Below are positions 1 to 15,783 of a stretch of 64,000 nucleotides of DNA, piece after piece (position 1 is the first letter of the stretch; every line of letters begins with the position of its first letter). The DNA is from Chrysomallon squamiferum (taxonomy: Eukaryota > Animalia > Mollusca), in assembly GCA_012295275.1 (NCBI GenBank), contig CM022672.1, positions 1,550,001 through 1,614,000 on the forward strand. The letters are read 5' to 3'. A program made the position numbers and the translations under genes. Under the pieces are notes generated by a model that was not told the origin of the DNA, made no database searches, and worked only from the letters and a program-made list of their open reading frames with translations.

Positions 1-374
1 TTGTGAAAACAATATCAGCTTCGCATGTGAGAGAAAAAACGAGACACTGACTGTATTGTTTTCAAAATGTGCTGTCTCACTGACATCAGAGGCTTTTGTA
101 ATCCTCTCTCTCTCTAACGATGATCTGTGTGTTTTCTACACATGCACATCTGAATTGCAAATAAGCCAATAAAGCAAGTACTTGAAGTAAGGAAATAAAA
201 TTGAAGACTCTAGTGAAGATAGATTTTTTTTTTTTAATTTTTTTTTTTTTTTTTTTTTTTTTTCCTGTTAAGATCTTGCTTTCCAATATTTTTAAGTGAT
301 TTTAGAATCATGTCAATTTCTTAACATTTGCACTTGGTAACTTTTGCATTAAACATGAATGTAACAATTATTTC

Positions 375-417
<43 letters not shown>

Positions 418-1665
418 TACATCTGGGTATAATCTGAATACGTTATGTGAACAAATGCTGAAATAAATCAGAATGTAACAAGTCACAGACACAGAAATAG
501 ACTGAAATGGCCTAGGCAACAAATATTTTACCTTGTTCACCTATCTTGGCTTTAACTAAAATTTATAACTGGGAGGTAAGCTGCAAATCCATAAATGCAG
601 CAGGGGGCAGACAAGTCAATATCTGAGGGTGGAACACATGCTTAAGAAACACACCCATTCCCTTCTGTTTATTATGATCAATGTTCTTTTTATCTTTATA
701 ATGAAATTTGTTTTATCTTTAAAGTTATATCCATCATAGCCATGGATGTATTGTGATACATCAAAATAGTGATAGCTGAGCTATGCTATTATACTACAGC
801 AAGCGATATTTTTCTCAAAACACAATTTTTACATCTGATAGTCTTTAGGAGGTATTTGCAATATATGTATGTCTGTGTGCTGATGTGGTGTGTGTGTAGG
901 TGTGTGTGTGTGTGTGTGTGTGTAAATAAACACACACATTCAGAGTTAAAAAGCAAGTCAAAACCTTTAACTGTTCCTACAAGCAGCAGTAACAATAAAC
1001 AACAATTGGTGTTTCCTTGCTTTTACCACTTAATTTCTTTTTCAATATTTGTAAAGTAGCTGAAAAAATCCATTTATAGATGGATAATTATTTAACCACA
1101 CTAACCAACACTATTCAATCATGCCTCTCATGGACCCATTCTTAGAGAGTTCTGTTCAAAATGAGGAAAAAACAAGTCTTGACATGGCCTTTTAACATTA
1201 GGCAAAAAAAAAACCACTATAAAAAAGGCTAAATGGTTTTCACTAAGCCGTGAGATGGTTTTTCCCTTTCTGGAAATTCCTAATTTGCACACTGTAACAT
1301 GAGGCCAACCCTCCCAACCTCTAACCTCAGCACACACCACCTGTTACTCCTCTCAACAACACATCCAGCTATCTGTTGTAATAACCCAGCTCTCCTGCAC
1401 TTGATAAGAGGCTCTTTACTGGGTTAGTGAGTGAGTGAGTGGTCTGTTGTAGAACAATTAGAAAGACATTGGTAGTTAGATGTCAACTGATCGATGACCA
1501 GATAGCAGGCTTTTTTGTGTGTGTGTGTGTGTGTGTGTGTAAAAGACTGTAAGTGTATGGATAATATTGTATGTTTGTTGTGTGTGTGTGTGTGTGTATA
1601 TATGTATGTTTTTATACGATTTATATATATGTGTGTGTGTGTGTGTGTGTATATATGTGTGTGTA

Positions 1666-1718
<53 letters not shown>

Positions 1719-3325
1719 ACACATTCAAGTCTGTTGCTGTATGAATGTATGGGTAATTCAGATGTGAACAGTTATGTGTATGTGTTTGTGTGTATTATGT
1801 TCATTATCCTTTAACTCAACACAAGTGAACTCAGACACTGCTTTGTGTTTACAAATATTTGTGACAGTTCTTCTCTGTACCTGGTTCACTGCTCATTGCA
1901 CCAGCAGAAAGCACTGAGGAAATCTGAATGATGCTGATGAGTTCGGAAAGCAGGAAACCAGAAAATTACAACCAACCTGAACATAAATTGACATAGGTTT
2001 GTTTCTGTCTTGTTTTTCTACAACTAACTTCAAAGAAACTCCGATTTCTGTGAAAGTATTTTGTTGAGTTGTGTTTCCTTATTTCAGACAATCTGCATGA
2101 CAGCACTATTATGAAGTTTTTTTATTTTATGAATTTTATGAAGAAATCTTCAACAATGGTTTGAAGTCTTTTGTGTGTCTTTCGTATTTTAGATAATAGT
2201 GATGTTGTTCTTTACTTTTCCTTCTGTTTTCATCTGGTTATCTTTTATACTGAAATAATTGTAATGTTGTTCTCTTAAACTACTTGAGTACCTTTTTTCT
2301 GTTTTATTGTGTTTATCTTTTTCACTCAAATAATGGTAATGTTGTTCTGTCAAAACTGCTGCTAAACCTTTTTCTGTTTTCATTTTCTTGAAAATATTAC
2401 CTCAATGAGTCAACAATGAACTAAATAAAAGGTTGGAGACACCCTTTTGTTCTTTTCATCTCAAAGTGTTTTACTTTGAGTGATTTATGCCTCCTCAACA
2501 GGAAATGATTTTTAAAAGCAAATTTTATTATGACAAGATGCCTGTCATGCTTTTCAGTGCATTCAGATTTACTAGAAAATGTTCACATTATATGTGTTTC
2601 AAAATATAAAGCTAATTTTCTTGAACCACATACAAATGCTCTGAAAATGTCCATGAAATACATGTTTCAGAACGCAATATTTTTTAACTATTTCTTAATA
2701 CTACATTCAGTATGTGCATGTATGTGTATGTATGTGTATGTATGTGTGTATGTGAGTGTGTGTGTCTTCTCTTTTTTTAATGTATATATTCCTTAACTTA
2801 AGTATTATTCAAATTAAAATGCTTCCAATCCTGTCATAGTAAATAACTGGATTGGACATCTAAACCCATGATGGGCCTTTATTCCAAATTCAGGAATCGA
2901 AAATTCAAAGAAAGCAAAGAGGATACTGGTCATCATGAGGATTATGGTTGAAATATGGTGATGTATATGGCACATTCTCAATAAACTAGCCTTACAGTTG
3001 GCACATAAAGTCCAAGCAAGCACCACTATGGTAGTTGATGAGACTTTCAGCTGGGCAAGACCGTAAATCTGTTAGCTGTGACTGTTTGGTGCTAAGAAGT
3101 TCTTATTGTTCTGTTGACTTTAGATCCAGTTTGCCAAGATGCCTGAACCTTTGCCATATATTATCTCTTCTAGTCCTACCATTGTCTGGTGCTGCTAATG
3201 TTGTTTATTACAAGTCAAAACACCTGTTTTAAATACACATCTGTTTTCAAAGTTGTTAGTGCGAATTTTATTTTGATGTTCAAAATGTATTTTGTTTTTC
3301 CATTTCATTTCTCCCTTTCCTCTCT

Positions 3326-3383
<58 letters not shown>

Positions 3384-5216
3384 TGGTAGCTGAGTTAAAA
3401 TTCTTCCTTTTTTTTTTTTTTTCTAAATTATGGCTCTGTACAGACATTTATACTAATACTAACTCATTAAGAATTAGGAACCATGCTAGTCCTTATGACT
3501 CACATCAGATTAATTTACAGTCATAAACCCAGTCTTCAAGTATATTACAAGTGTAAAGACGTGAAACCAAATATAAATGTTGGAATTCAAATGTATCAAG
3601 AAACAAATCTTCGATACACAACCTATCTTCAAAAACAAGCATATCTTGTATTTTAGATGTAAGTATAAATTAATATACAAGTTCCAAGGATTAAAAGAGA
3701 AACATAAAGTGCCAGTCTCTTTGGCTACTCTTTCAAACTCAAAGACATGCTAACTTTATAGTCCATCATGGATAACCACTGTGTCCTTTATAGCCTGCTT
3801 AATAAGACATCCAAATTCCTTGATGTACCAATTAAAAAATACTTGTTACACTTGCTGAGGTTAAATTTAATCAGACTGATAAACCAAGTGGTAAAAAAAA
3901 AACACAAAAAAAAAACAGAGATCCAAAGCTACAGTATCTGAATTGTGCTTTCAAAGAGAATTTTTTTTAAAAATGTGTGAAGAGCTTCTTGACCAAGTTA
4001 ACATAGAAAAAATATATCATAAATGATAAATAAAGAAATAATACTTTTAAACACTGCAATTTGAGAATATCATTGATCTTGTTAAGAAAAAATCCAAAGT
4101 TTTCTAAATTCCTGTACGCTATCTTTCTTTTTATAATTTTACTTTTTTTTTTTTTTTTTTACTTTATGTTATCATTACTTTATACAGATTTGCAGATTTC
4201 CTATTATTTCATAAATCAGTTGTGTGTCAGTGAGAAATAGATCAAAGATGATATCAAAGATTATTCAGCCTTCAGTGTCAATATTCCAGAGGGAAAAATA
4301 CAGAAAGAAACCTTCTAAAAAGGCCCAAGATAATGGCCAGCAAGTCTTCGTGCACATTTCTGCGTGCACCAGCAACCCATCACAAGTGAAAATGAACTAA
4401 TTGAAAAGAACAAGGCAAAATGGTAAAACCAAACACAGGAATGTCATGCCAGCTGAGAAGGACCGCACCAACAATAAAACTATGACTTCAGTACCAAGAT
4501 GAAACTATCCCATGTATCTCAGTTGTGTAACCATGAACCTAGAAACACAGGAAAAAAATCTCAAGCTAATTTATTCTGCCTCTTAAGATCACATTAAGAT
4601 AATGAGAAACTGTCTAGCAAATCTGAGCTTTCCTCTTACGGTTTGGGTTTGTTGGCACACAGGCATCCATAAACACTGTGATTGATTGCCTCCAAACTGT
4701 AATTTCCCGTTCCAGATTGTGAAAAAGACAATCAGATACAGTTTTGTTACCAGTGTCATCAAAAGAAGAAAACTGCTGCTTTTTGTTTGTTTTATTATAT
4801 TTGTATGAAATGCTTCACTGATTTTTACATATCAACACCTCAACATACATCAAACAACAAAGAGGCCAACAGAACATTAGTGGTGGTATTAATGTTTTAT
4901 CTTCGTGGTTCGTACATACAATATTACTCTAGGGTAATAAAAGATAGTGTTTTCATATAGATCAAATGCAAGATTAGTATATTATGTACATATATATAAT
5001 TGGAATCTATAATCTAAATTGTTTTTGAGTACAGTATGTAAATGAAATATGGTCTGTGGTGAAATGATTAAAAATTAAATATTTAGATCTTTGTTTACTC
5101 TTCAAGGAAATAAACATAAAACAGACATTTCTATTGCTTTGGATATGTCAGTTATTTTGTTTTTTATTTACTTCTTGGAGTGTTTTGTTGCTGTTTCAGG
5201 ATTTTGTTTTTTTTTT

Positions 5217-5315
<99 letters not shown>

Positions 5316-5493
5316 GTTAATTACTTAGTTAATTATTCTGTTAATGATTAGCTGTAAGAAATATTTTTTAAGCACCTTCCAATAGGCAGGAAAATACAAT
5401 GAATGTCTTCTAGTAAAACAAACTATCTGGTACTGGTGGGAACAGAAAAAGAACAGATTATAATGAGGAAGTCTGATCATACAATTTGCTCTG

Positions 5494-5717
5494 CCACATA
5501 CCTCAGTATACTCTAACATACAGACTGTACCACATACCTCAGTATACTCTAACATACAGACTGTACCACATACCTCAGTGTACTCTAACATACAGACTGT
5601 ACCACATACCTCAGTATACTCTAACATACAGACTGTACCACATACCTCAGTATACTCTAACATACAGACTGTACCACATACCTCAGTATACTCTAACATA
5701 CAGACTGTACCACATAC
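5494..5717. repeat. 36-bp minisatellite, ~6.2 copies
   Basis: ccacatacctcagtatactctaacatacagactgta, head-to-tail, one substitution. Confidence 0.97.
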
Positions 5718-6749
5718 ACTGATGAAATAATGAACTAGCTGGAAAAGAAAAATAGCACAATGTTATTCTTAAACTGGCATTTTCAGTTTCAGTGATCTCT
5801 GATACAGCTAGATCCATGTACACTCATATTACAATGAAGTGGTTGGAACGAGAAAACACTCTAATGGCTTGCTGTGGATGAATGACAAGAACTCTATTTT
5901 AACTTTTTTCAGTCATCTTTATTTGCTTCCTCCTAACCCACAATTTATGGCATCTCATTATAACATGCAGTATTTCTACACCTTTCCCTGCATACCACAA
6001 CATACAGCATTTACTTCTGATACACAGAGCAACTGTGATTATAAACTACACCATAAACCTGTCATAAAAGAAGCCTCGTGCAAACATTCCACCCTTTTGA
6101 AGAGCAGTCCAATAGTAATATTGAACCCATTCATGGCCAGGGTTAATGTGGAAGGTAGCCATTAACCTCAGTTTATAGTAATCACCCAGTGTATAATATA
6201 AACATATTAGTACCTGCACTTGAAACATACTGGCTGTATTGACATACACTGTGCAGATAATGGATGAATGGTAAAAACATAAGTGAGCATTATGTCTGGT
6301 AATACAGATAATAATAATAATAATAATAAGAATAAGAAGAAGAAGAAGAAGAAGAATAGTAGTGAATATAATATTATTGTTATTATTATAGTTGTTGTTG
6401 TCACTGTTGTTATGTATATTGTTAATATTGTAGTTGTTGTTGTTGTAGCAGCTCTTATTATTATTCATTTATCTGTGCATGTATGTACTTATTTATTTAT
6501 TTATTATGATCTATCATATTTCACATAAAAATATGATATATGCCACTCCATGAGATTAAAATATCAGTTTATAGCATGAATGTTTAAGTATGCCTATCAC
6601 TGACACAAGACCTCTTTCAAAAAATAAAACAAGCAATGATACATTCATTTCCTTAAGCACTTCTGCCAACACAGGAAAACATGAAGAGAGGCACAAAATA
6701 ATACACCAGTCACTAATCATTAAAAAAAAAAAAAATCTGGCTTTACACC

Positions 6750-7200
6750 ATCCCTAATTAAAAGTCCGGTTGGACAGTATCTCTTGTAAGAAAGCTCTTC
6801 AGGCAATATTTCTTAATCAGAAGCCAAGGTTCACAATATCCCTAAGTCAGATAGGATGGGTTAATAATATCTGTTAATAATCTGGGTTGAACATATCCCT
6901 TAATATGCCGTCAGTGTTGACAGTATCCTTTGTATCAGAATTTAGTGTTGACTGTCTTCTCATATTCAGCTGTATAAAATCAGGGTGGCTAATTTCTCCT
7001 GTATCTGAATTTGAGTTGGGAGTTCCTTAATATGAAATATAGCTAAACAGTGTCCCTAAATTCGAATTCTGGATTGACAATATTCATTTAATCTGAAACC
7101 AGAGTTGGCAAAATTCAATAATCAGTTGAAGATATTCCTTAACATGACATCAGGGTTGACAATTCCCCTTAATCTTAAACCTGAGTTAACAACATTCTGT
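6750..7200. repeat. Decayed ~30-bp minisatellite, ~15 units
   Basis: Recurrent consensus ccttaatctgaaatcagggttgacaatat. Confidence 0.75.
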
Positions 7201-7760
7201 GATCAGTATCTGACAAGTATCCCAGAGGATCTTAACAAAAGATTAATCCTGTTATGATAACCTCCAAAAAAACACAATAAATAACGCAAGCAAATCTCTT
7301 TTAGACGACACTAATATTTTTACTTCATCCGTGCCTGTCTTGCAGAAAAGACACAGTATCAAGTTTTAAAAACTTGGTGTTGAATATTTGTAATGGAGGA
7401 GGACAGAGACAGAAATGGAAACATCAACATGAAAGTGATCTGGCCACACAAAGGAAGCCATGCAGGTACATGCAAATGAAGCTGTCACACACGAAACGAC
7501 ACCATGCAGATTGCAAGAACAATATTTGTAGTGGGCTGGGGATGGGGAAAAAGAAAACATCTTGGAAATATTTGCAATGGCTTTGAGTATAGAAGAAAAA
7601 TGAAAAACAAAATAGTTATTTTAGAGTAGAACAATGAAGAAGAGAAGTTATTTGTGTTTTGGTGTCTTCAAGAAAATGTATGTATAGAAACTGACTGAGG
7701 TAGCTGGATGGATGAATGAATGAATGCATATACATACAAACACAACCATACCATATATAT

Positions 7761-7964
7761 ACAAATACATATATACTTTCTCTGTTTCTCTAAAAAGAAA
7801 AACATACTATTTTTTTTCAGTTTCTCTCTCTTTCTCTAATAACACACACACAAAACACAAACATATATATATGCACATCTACACACAAATACATATATAC
7901 TTTCTGTTTCTCTAAAAAGAAAAACATACTATTTTTTTTCAGTCTCTCTCTCTCTCTCTCTCTC

Positions 7965-7975
<11 letters not shown>
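7761..7975. repeat. Local tandem duplication (~120 bp period)
   Basis: acaaatacatatatactttc...tctaaaaagaaaaacatactattttttttcagt occurs twice. Confidence 0.85.
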
Positions 7976-8011
<36 letters not shown>

Positions 8012-9568
8012 CATGCACACATGCTGAGACAAACTCTCTCACCCTTCCATCGTACATTAAGCCAAGTTTGCAGGCACTTATTTAGCAGTGGTTAGTTACA
8101 GAGAGAGAGCCTGGTTGTCTGAGTTATTAAAATTAGTAGCCAGTGATCACAGAGAGGACATCAGAACCTAAGTGGAATCATAACTGACAGTTTGTGTCCA
8201 CGGTTACGTCCTAATGTGCAGATAAGTCAGAAGTTGGCAGAATCAATATGAAGCAAATGACTGCAAAAGTTCACAATCAATATTTTCAATTAGAATGTGG
8301 ATAATAAAAAAGAATCCTGGGACTTCATAATTTTTTATTATTATTTTTTTTTTCATCTTGGGACTTCGTCATTTTTTTATTATGATTATTTATTGTTTTT
8401 TTGAGGGGGGTTCAACCTTGTGACTTCGTTATTTTGTACTATTATTATTATTATTGTTTTAAACAATAGTAATATATCATTTTTTTTCTTTTAACTTTAT
8501 TTTTTAAAAATCTGAATAATAAGGAAAAGCTTATGTTAAATGAAGCTGTAAAGAAAAAGAAATGGTTGTTTAATGAGATATCAGCATGTGTTGTGTAACT
8601 GGAAGCTTTCTGATGTCAAATGAAGCTAATAAAGGTTAAAGGAAACCTGTTTTAAAATTCAATTAAATTCAGTACACTCAACAAAGAAAACTGTCTCCAG
8701 AGGTAAAGAATAAATGTCATATTTTAATAATGCATATTTGTTTACAAAAAAAATCTCATTAGTATCCTGTATGAAACTTTTATAATGGAGAGAAAATATT
8801 GTTATCACATTAGGACGCAACTGTGGACACAAACTCTGAGTTATGAATCCACTTTGATGTCCTCTCTACTAATTTTAATAACACAGATAACCAGGCTCTC
8901 ACTCTGTAACTAATTAAATAAGTGTCTGGAAACTTGACTTAATGTACGATTAATGCTCTATGTTTTCCTAACTTGATTCAGAATCAGCTGCATGCACCAT
9001 CTCACATACAGAAAAGGAGATGAAAAAAGATTTTAATAAAACAATCTAATACATTGACTGAATGGAAAAATAACTGGTTTTGTGACCTAGTACTAATTAA
9101 CCTTTGAAAAGTAATTTTTCTTTGTGTTTTTAAATTCTTAACATTTTGCTTCACTGTATTGGTTGCTGTTCCCTGTTAGTAGAAAGTGATATTTTATATA
9201 TACATATCTCTCTCTCTCTCTCTCTCTCGCTCTCTCTCGCTCTCTCAATCTATCTCTTTTTCTCTTTAAACAAGATCAACATAATAACCTTTTAAATCTG
9301 CAAACGTCTTTGACTTTAATTAAAACTGATAAACTTTCCAATGAACTTTCTGAAGTTTACATTTCTCATGAGGTACTTTATACACAGCAAGATAAAAAGA
9401 AAAACCCACATATTTCAATGCCATTAACTTCACATATTATTTATCATAAAAAGTTATAATGTTAAACCTAGCATTTTTTTTTTTTTAAATTAAAAATTAA
9501 AAATTAAAAAATAAATAAATAAATAAATAAATACATAAATAAATAAATAATAAAATAATAGTTATAAA

Positions 9569-9610
<42 letters not shown>

Positions 9611-10515
9611 CATCATCTGTAATCTGTTAACTGAAAATTTCTATTTGGTTTTAAATATATAAATTTTATAGATATTTTATTTTTATTTTTTACAATCAAT
9701 TGTTACATGTGTCAACTTCAAATAACATAAAACTGGCTTTAAAATGTTATTATTTCGCACATATATATATATATATATATAAACACGAAGTAACAGCTTA
9801 CTGAGCTAATAATGTTAACTCACTGAAACTATCATTCTCAATCAAAATAAAATAAAACTCCTTTTCCTTTAAATATTTTACATAGATCTAATATTGAAAA
9901 GCAAATATTTTATGTACTCAGGACTTAAGAACCATGAGCTCCACATTCACACACTTAAAAAACACAGCATTTAGATATTCTTGTGTTATATCCCATTCCA
10001 AATATAGCTCTATTTTGGATTTATTGAAAAGGTTTTTATATGAGGTATCCTGTATAATCTATGGAAAGTTACACATAAAATATCCCTTGCATCCAACTGA
10101 AAAAGAGTAACCCATCATACAACAGCAAGAGTTTTCATCTGGAATTGTTTTAGTCTTGAAGTGTGGTTTTATTTGCTACATAATGTTGATGTGTGTATAT
10201 ATGTGTGCACAGATATATATGTGTGTATGTATGTATGTGTGTGTATGTAGATGTGTCTGTAGATATGGGTGTAGATATATGTGTGAGTGTGTGTATTTAT
10301 GTGTTTATGTATGTGTTTATATATAACTATAAACTAAAAATGTGGTTAATATATTATTTATTGCAAACCTTTCTTTTTTCAGAATATCACTAGATTACTA
10401 ATCAGACTGGGTGTTCCTGTATTTCTCTCCCCAGTGAGTTCCTATCACAACCTGACAAGCCTTGATTTATTTAACTTTGGCTATTTCATTACATAACCCT
10501 CTCTTCACGTCCATG

Positions 10516-10551
<36 letters not shown>

Positions 10552-10560
10552 CTTCTATTA

Positions 10561-10624
10561 TCTGAATAGAATGATAACACACATGAAACCCACATACCTA
10601 CACGTACAGACACATGAACACACT

Positions 10625-10660
<36 letters not shown>

Positions 10661-10775
10661 AAATACAGCATCCAAAAAAAAAAAAAAAAATTCTTTTATA
10701 ATCTGAATAGAATGATAACACACATGAAACCCACATACCTACACGTACAGACACACGAAACACACTTACACGCAT

Positions 10776-10854
<79 letters not shown>

Positions 10855-10865
10855 ACTGCATCGAA
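10561..10865. repeat. Local tandem duplication (~140 bp period) containing (CA)n
   Basis: tctgaatagaatgataacacacatgaaacccacatacctacacgtacagacac occurs twice. Confidence 0.9.
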
Positions 10866-13800
10866 CAAAAAAATCTTCTGCTGCTATGGAAAGGATATAA
10901 AAGCGTGAACCTCTTACAGAAATGCTTTATCAAGAGCTGCTCTCTCATCGCTTCAAACGAAACATGATGGACTTCCTGTTATCTGCTGACTTTTTTCCAT
11001 TATCTTCGCACACAGGGGTAAATGGGTTCAGAATTGGAACAGCACCTGAGTGAGTGGCAGAGGGTCAGGGTCAAATTTCAGGGAAGGTCTAGACTTACCT
11101 TGTGGTCCGTTTGTTGCCAGCGAATGTTAAGTTTCAGGTATCTCTGTAAACAACAGAGTCCAAGAAGAAATGTTTTTGTTTGTTTTTTCCTTTGTTTATT
11201 CATTTCAAATATTAGTAGTTTCATTATCCTCTTCTCCCCTTCTTCTTTTTTTTTTCCATTAAATACTACTATAAGTTAATTTATTTTTAACAAGACTCTA
11301 ATCTTTTTTTTATTTTTATTTTTATCATTTTTTAATTATATATCAGTGTATTTCCTTTTGCTTTACTGAAATGTATTGTTTGTTCTTTTTCTGATTTACT
11401 GAAATTAATGAAACTGAAATTTATAAAGATTTCACCACTACAAATATTTAATAAGTTTTTATTTATTGTAATCTGGTATTATATTACTAATCATGTTTGC
11501 AAGTTGTGTGTATTTGTAGCATTTACTTGTGTGTCTGTGTGTCTGTGTGTGTGTGTGTATAAACCAAGCCATTATAGCTGAGCTGGATAAAACTGGTATC
11601 TTAAGACAGTAATCAGTTATTTATTTTATCCTGCAGTCCTAAATAAAACAAAAACTAATGAAATTAACGGCTTTTATTTCTCAGCTCACTATTCACAAGA
11701 GTAAGATTCACTTGTATTGATTTTGTCGTTGCATACAAAAACTATATATCAATACAAAATAGTTACTTAAGTGACAACAATTTATTTGTTATTTCTTAAA
11801 ATGTAAACTGGTTTCAAAACAACCTTATTGGGTCTACACCAGCAATTAAATACTACAGAATTAATTTTGCATAATATGTATCTATATATATCTATATATA
11901 TATATGTATGTATATTTATAAATTTATCTAGTCATTATATCTTACCAATATTCATTGTAACTACAGGATGAAAATATATGCGTGTGTGTATACATATATG
12001 TATATATGTATGTATGTATATTTAATTGCATGACAACTTTGGGTGCATGTTAGTATGTGTGTTTTACTGCAGGTGGTAATAATAAGGAAAATTAACACAC
12101 GCAGTCTTAATGATTTATTGAGTAACTTCTTTAAATGATCCCCCAAAATAGAATAATCAACATATGTATGTCGATGTAAACAACACAAAATGATAAATAC
12201 CACATTAAATGATGTAATTTTAATAAAATATACATTAAAACTGCATGATATGTTGATTTAAGTAAATTTTACTTTACAACTTTCCAAAAATAGGTGAATT
12301 AACATTGATATGCACTGTTATCTTTTGTTTGATATTCTTTTCACCAACCAGAGCGCATATATAACAAATGGGAGGACTGCCACTTTATTCTGATTTAATG
12401 TACCCATGAAACTAATAACCATATAACCATTAACATACTACTCACAGTGGTTTAATTAGCTTCATGAATATTAATGAGTAACCACTTATATGTAGATATA
12501 GAGATGGATTCAATTATTCATTTATGCTAATACGGTAACCATTATTATATTTATTGGTGTCAATGAGCTAATCATGAAATAAACATATGCATTTTGTTTT
12601 TGAAATTGATTATCATGTACTTAATGTCAGTAAACGACATTTAAAAAACTAAATGGTACTGAAAGCCTAATGCATGAGGTTTGTAATGTTGCAGTCTAGT
12701 ACTGGGATATAAATGTTTACACACAGGTCTGGAGTCAGTAGGAACTGAGTGTGTTAAAAAATCACACCCTGATATAGGTTCGTATTTAATTCAGCTTTGT
12801 AAGTGTCGAGAGAAAAAAAAAATATTGTATTTAAGAGCACATTTAACACACATTTTCAATCAAGAGTTATATAGCTTACATATCATAGTGTAACAATACA
12901 GACATTTATGAAGAGTAAATCAACTGTAGTCACTGAATAGTCTGCTCTTTTTCTGTGAGCTATAAGTGATCTGTATGCACACTTTCTCACAGCCTCAGAT
13001 ACACCAGTCATGGAGCAATGACTAGGCTGAATGTTTTCCTAGATCTTCATTTTACAACTTTCTAACCTACCAACAGCTGTATTTAATAATTAAAAAAAAA
13101 AAATTCTCCAACACAAAAATCCATATAACCTCTGCTTTTTTTTTACAAATTTCTTTTTCTCTTCTTCTCTACCTGCAAGTAATTACTGAGCAGGAAATAA
13201 ACTTGTGAATGCTGCTAACTGGTATCACTAAAAAACCACCTACAAAAATATGAGAGAAGAAATTGCTTTCATCAGTTTAAACACCTGAGCTAAACAGCTC
13301 CTACCAGAAAACTTCTGCAGTGCTATTCCTCAAAGCGACTGCAGAATGTTCTTCCTGCCACTGTGAATTAAATAAAAGGTCCATCTTGGAGGTCACTGGT
13401 TCAGCAAATGCTGACTTGACTAACCATCATTTTAAGTTCATCCTGGAGGTCACAGGTACACAAACATTAACAAAAATAAACAAAAGTTCGTTGTGAAGGT
13501 CACTGGTGTGTGTAACTGCAGGATTTTAAAATTTGTTCTGTACATCAGTGCTTCTCTTCTACTGCTTCTACTGCTACTATTACCATTGCCACTATTTGCT
13601 ACTACTACCACAGCCACTGCTGCTGCTTTGCTGCTGCTGTCTCTACTACCACCACCACCAGATCACAACTGTGAATTTAATTTGGAGTTTTTCTTTCAAT
13701 AGAAACAGCAACAGAAAATTTCATCTTGTTATTTTTTACCCCTCAAAAAAAGCCATAAAAATATTATATTTTAAATATTCATTCCAACAAAAAGTCATGC

Positions 13801-15783
13801 CTGATAACATTTTCCAGTGTTTCAGTGTGTATTTTACTGTTTACTGGAAGGTGCATGTAACAGATATCTTGCTGCTAATTGCTAAGAGCAGCCAGCCAAG
13901 GCAATGGTAGCATTTGGTTTTCTTTTTCAAATCATCATGAAATTCAACCCTCCTCGTAAAACTTACTATTAAATTGTATGCAGCTGTTGTTATACAATTG
14001 TCATTTATTATTATTTACACATCTACACAGTTATGTTAAAGTTGAGCAGGTATGATAGGAAAAGCAGTGTGTTGTTGTGTGTTTTGGTGTGCTATGATGT
14101 AGAATAGTTCAGTACTGTCTTGGAATGTTGTGCTCTATAGTATATTAGCAGTATAGTATGTAACACCATACTATATTGTATGCTCAGTACTTTGTGGTTT
14201 TGATTTAATCTAAGTGTCCTTGATAAAGGAGTTGAATAAAAAAAAAACAAGTGCAGGTTTATTTATACCAGATGCTCATGTTTGTTTGTCATGGAATTTT
14301 TACTCTCCTTGTTACGCTTTGCCATCTAACAAAGCAAGGGTCACTGGTTGTCTGTTAGCAGTGAAAGGCTTTCATACAACAGCATGATGGATTGCTGTTT
14401 GCTTTGAAGACATCTCTGACATATTTAACAGACAGAAAGTATGTGTAATAATATTTTTAAACTTTTGAGTCCATGGGGACCTGGCTTTGCTCGGCTCAAT
14501 GTATCTGAATGAGTTAGTCTGAGAAAAGGCATTATGAAGTACGTCTGTCCATATGACTTAGGTAGGTGGATTATCTACCCAAGGAACTTTGTGAGAAAGA
14601 AGGATGAAAGAAATGCTTTACTCAAAATAATTCTGATCTCCAATTTAAATGGGTTCATGTATGTGACTGAAAATCAGACCGATAATGACAGATGAATCCT
14701 AGTCATGCAATGTGGCTATTCTTTTTCAATAAGCAGATCTTTCACAACAACCTACCCAGAAACAGGAAGATAATTCATGGTGTTGATAAATTACTGGTGA
14801 GGTTGAAATGGTAAATTATATGTTAAGAGTTTAACAAGGAGAATTGATCTTGCAATTAGTAAAATATATCATTACTGGGGTTAGCCTGGTAATTTAAGGA
14901 GACTGATGCTGCCACCATGCAGCTAGTACAGGAATCAATATTAAGGTTAGATCCCATAGACTCCTATGGACACAGGTTTAACAACCAGACAACTGCCACA
15001 GGAATCAATACCAGAATTAAATCTCATGGCTTGCCATCTTAAGGACATTAGCTTAACGAATGCAATTCAATTATAGCAATCAGTCCTGGGTTTAGAACTC
15101 ATTATCTCTAAGCCCTGGGGTCAACAGCTTAAACAAGTATGTAGGTATAGTGTTTTACTTATTTTCAATTCCTTTTTTCAGTGCCAATTATTCCAGGTGT
15201 TACTTATACAGAGTTTTAATATGTGCATTAGTAACTGATAGCTAATTAACTTACAATGAATGAAGAGCTTAATTTCAGAGAATTGGTGTAAAACTGATAT
15301 ATGAACACAGACGTCATTCAGCTCTAAGTGAATTCAACATTTCACACACATCTAAATCAGAAACCTTACACTGCACTATGAAAGTAGAGACAGGACATTT
15401 GTAAGATAAATCAAATGTGTACATGCTTGCTGTTGTCTTCTTTAAGTCGAGATTAATTACAAGCAATAAAAGTAACAGTAAATAAAAGAAATATCCAGTT
15501 ACTAAACAGAGGTTTAATATTTAATGGGGAATTTTTGGTAATCTTATCTACAGTTATTACACATGGAGGTTCTTTTTTTTTAAACTTGAAGCAAACAAAT
15601 TTGATCTCTTACTAAACTTAATAAAATTGTCTTAAACAGTTATTTCTGTAGATGAAATAAAAATTTCTGCAAAAAAAAAAAAAAATGGTAATAAAAATGT
15701 TTTGAACAACTATTTCTGAATTTCTAAATGAATTATTTTTTAACTTTAAAAACATCTAAAAGAATCATTTTGAACTTGAAAGA

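Noticed and set aside
1424-1814. Numerous HTHT, CVCV, ERER, LSLS and YYYY ORFs here and throughout the window
   Set aside because: Dinucleotide and trinucleotide microsatellite artefacts.
5494-5717. 36-bp repeats resembling a CRISPR array, or a repeat protein (MLEYTEVCGTVC)n
   Set aside because: Units are directly adjacent with no unique spacers, no cas genes, eukaryotic context and no splice signals; it is a plain minisatellite.
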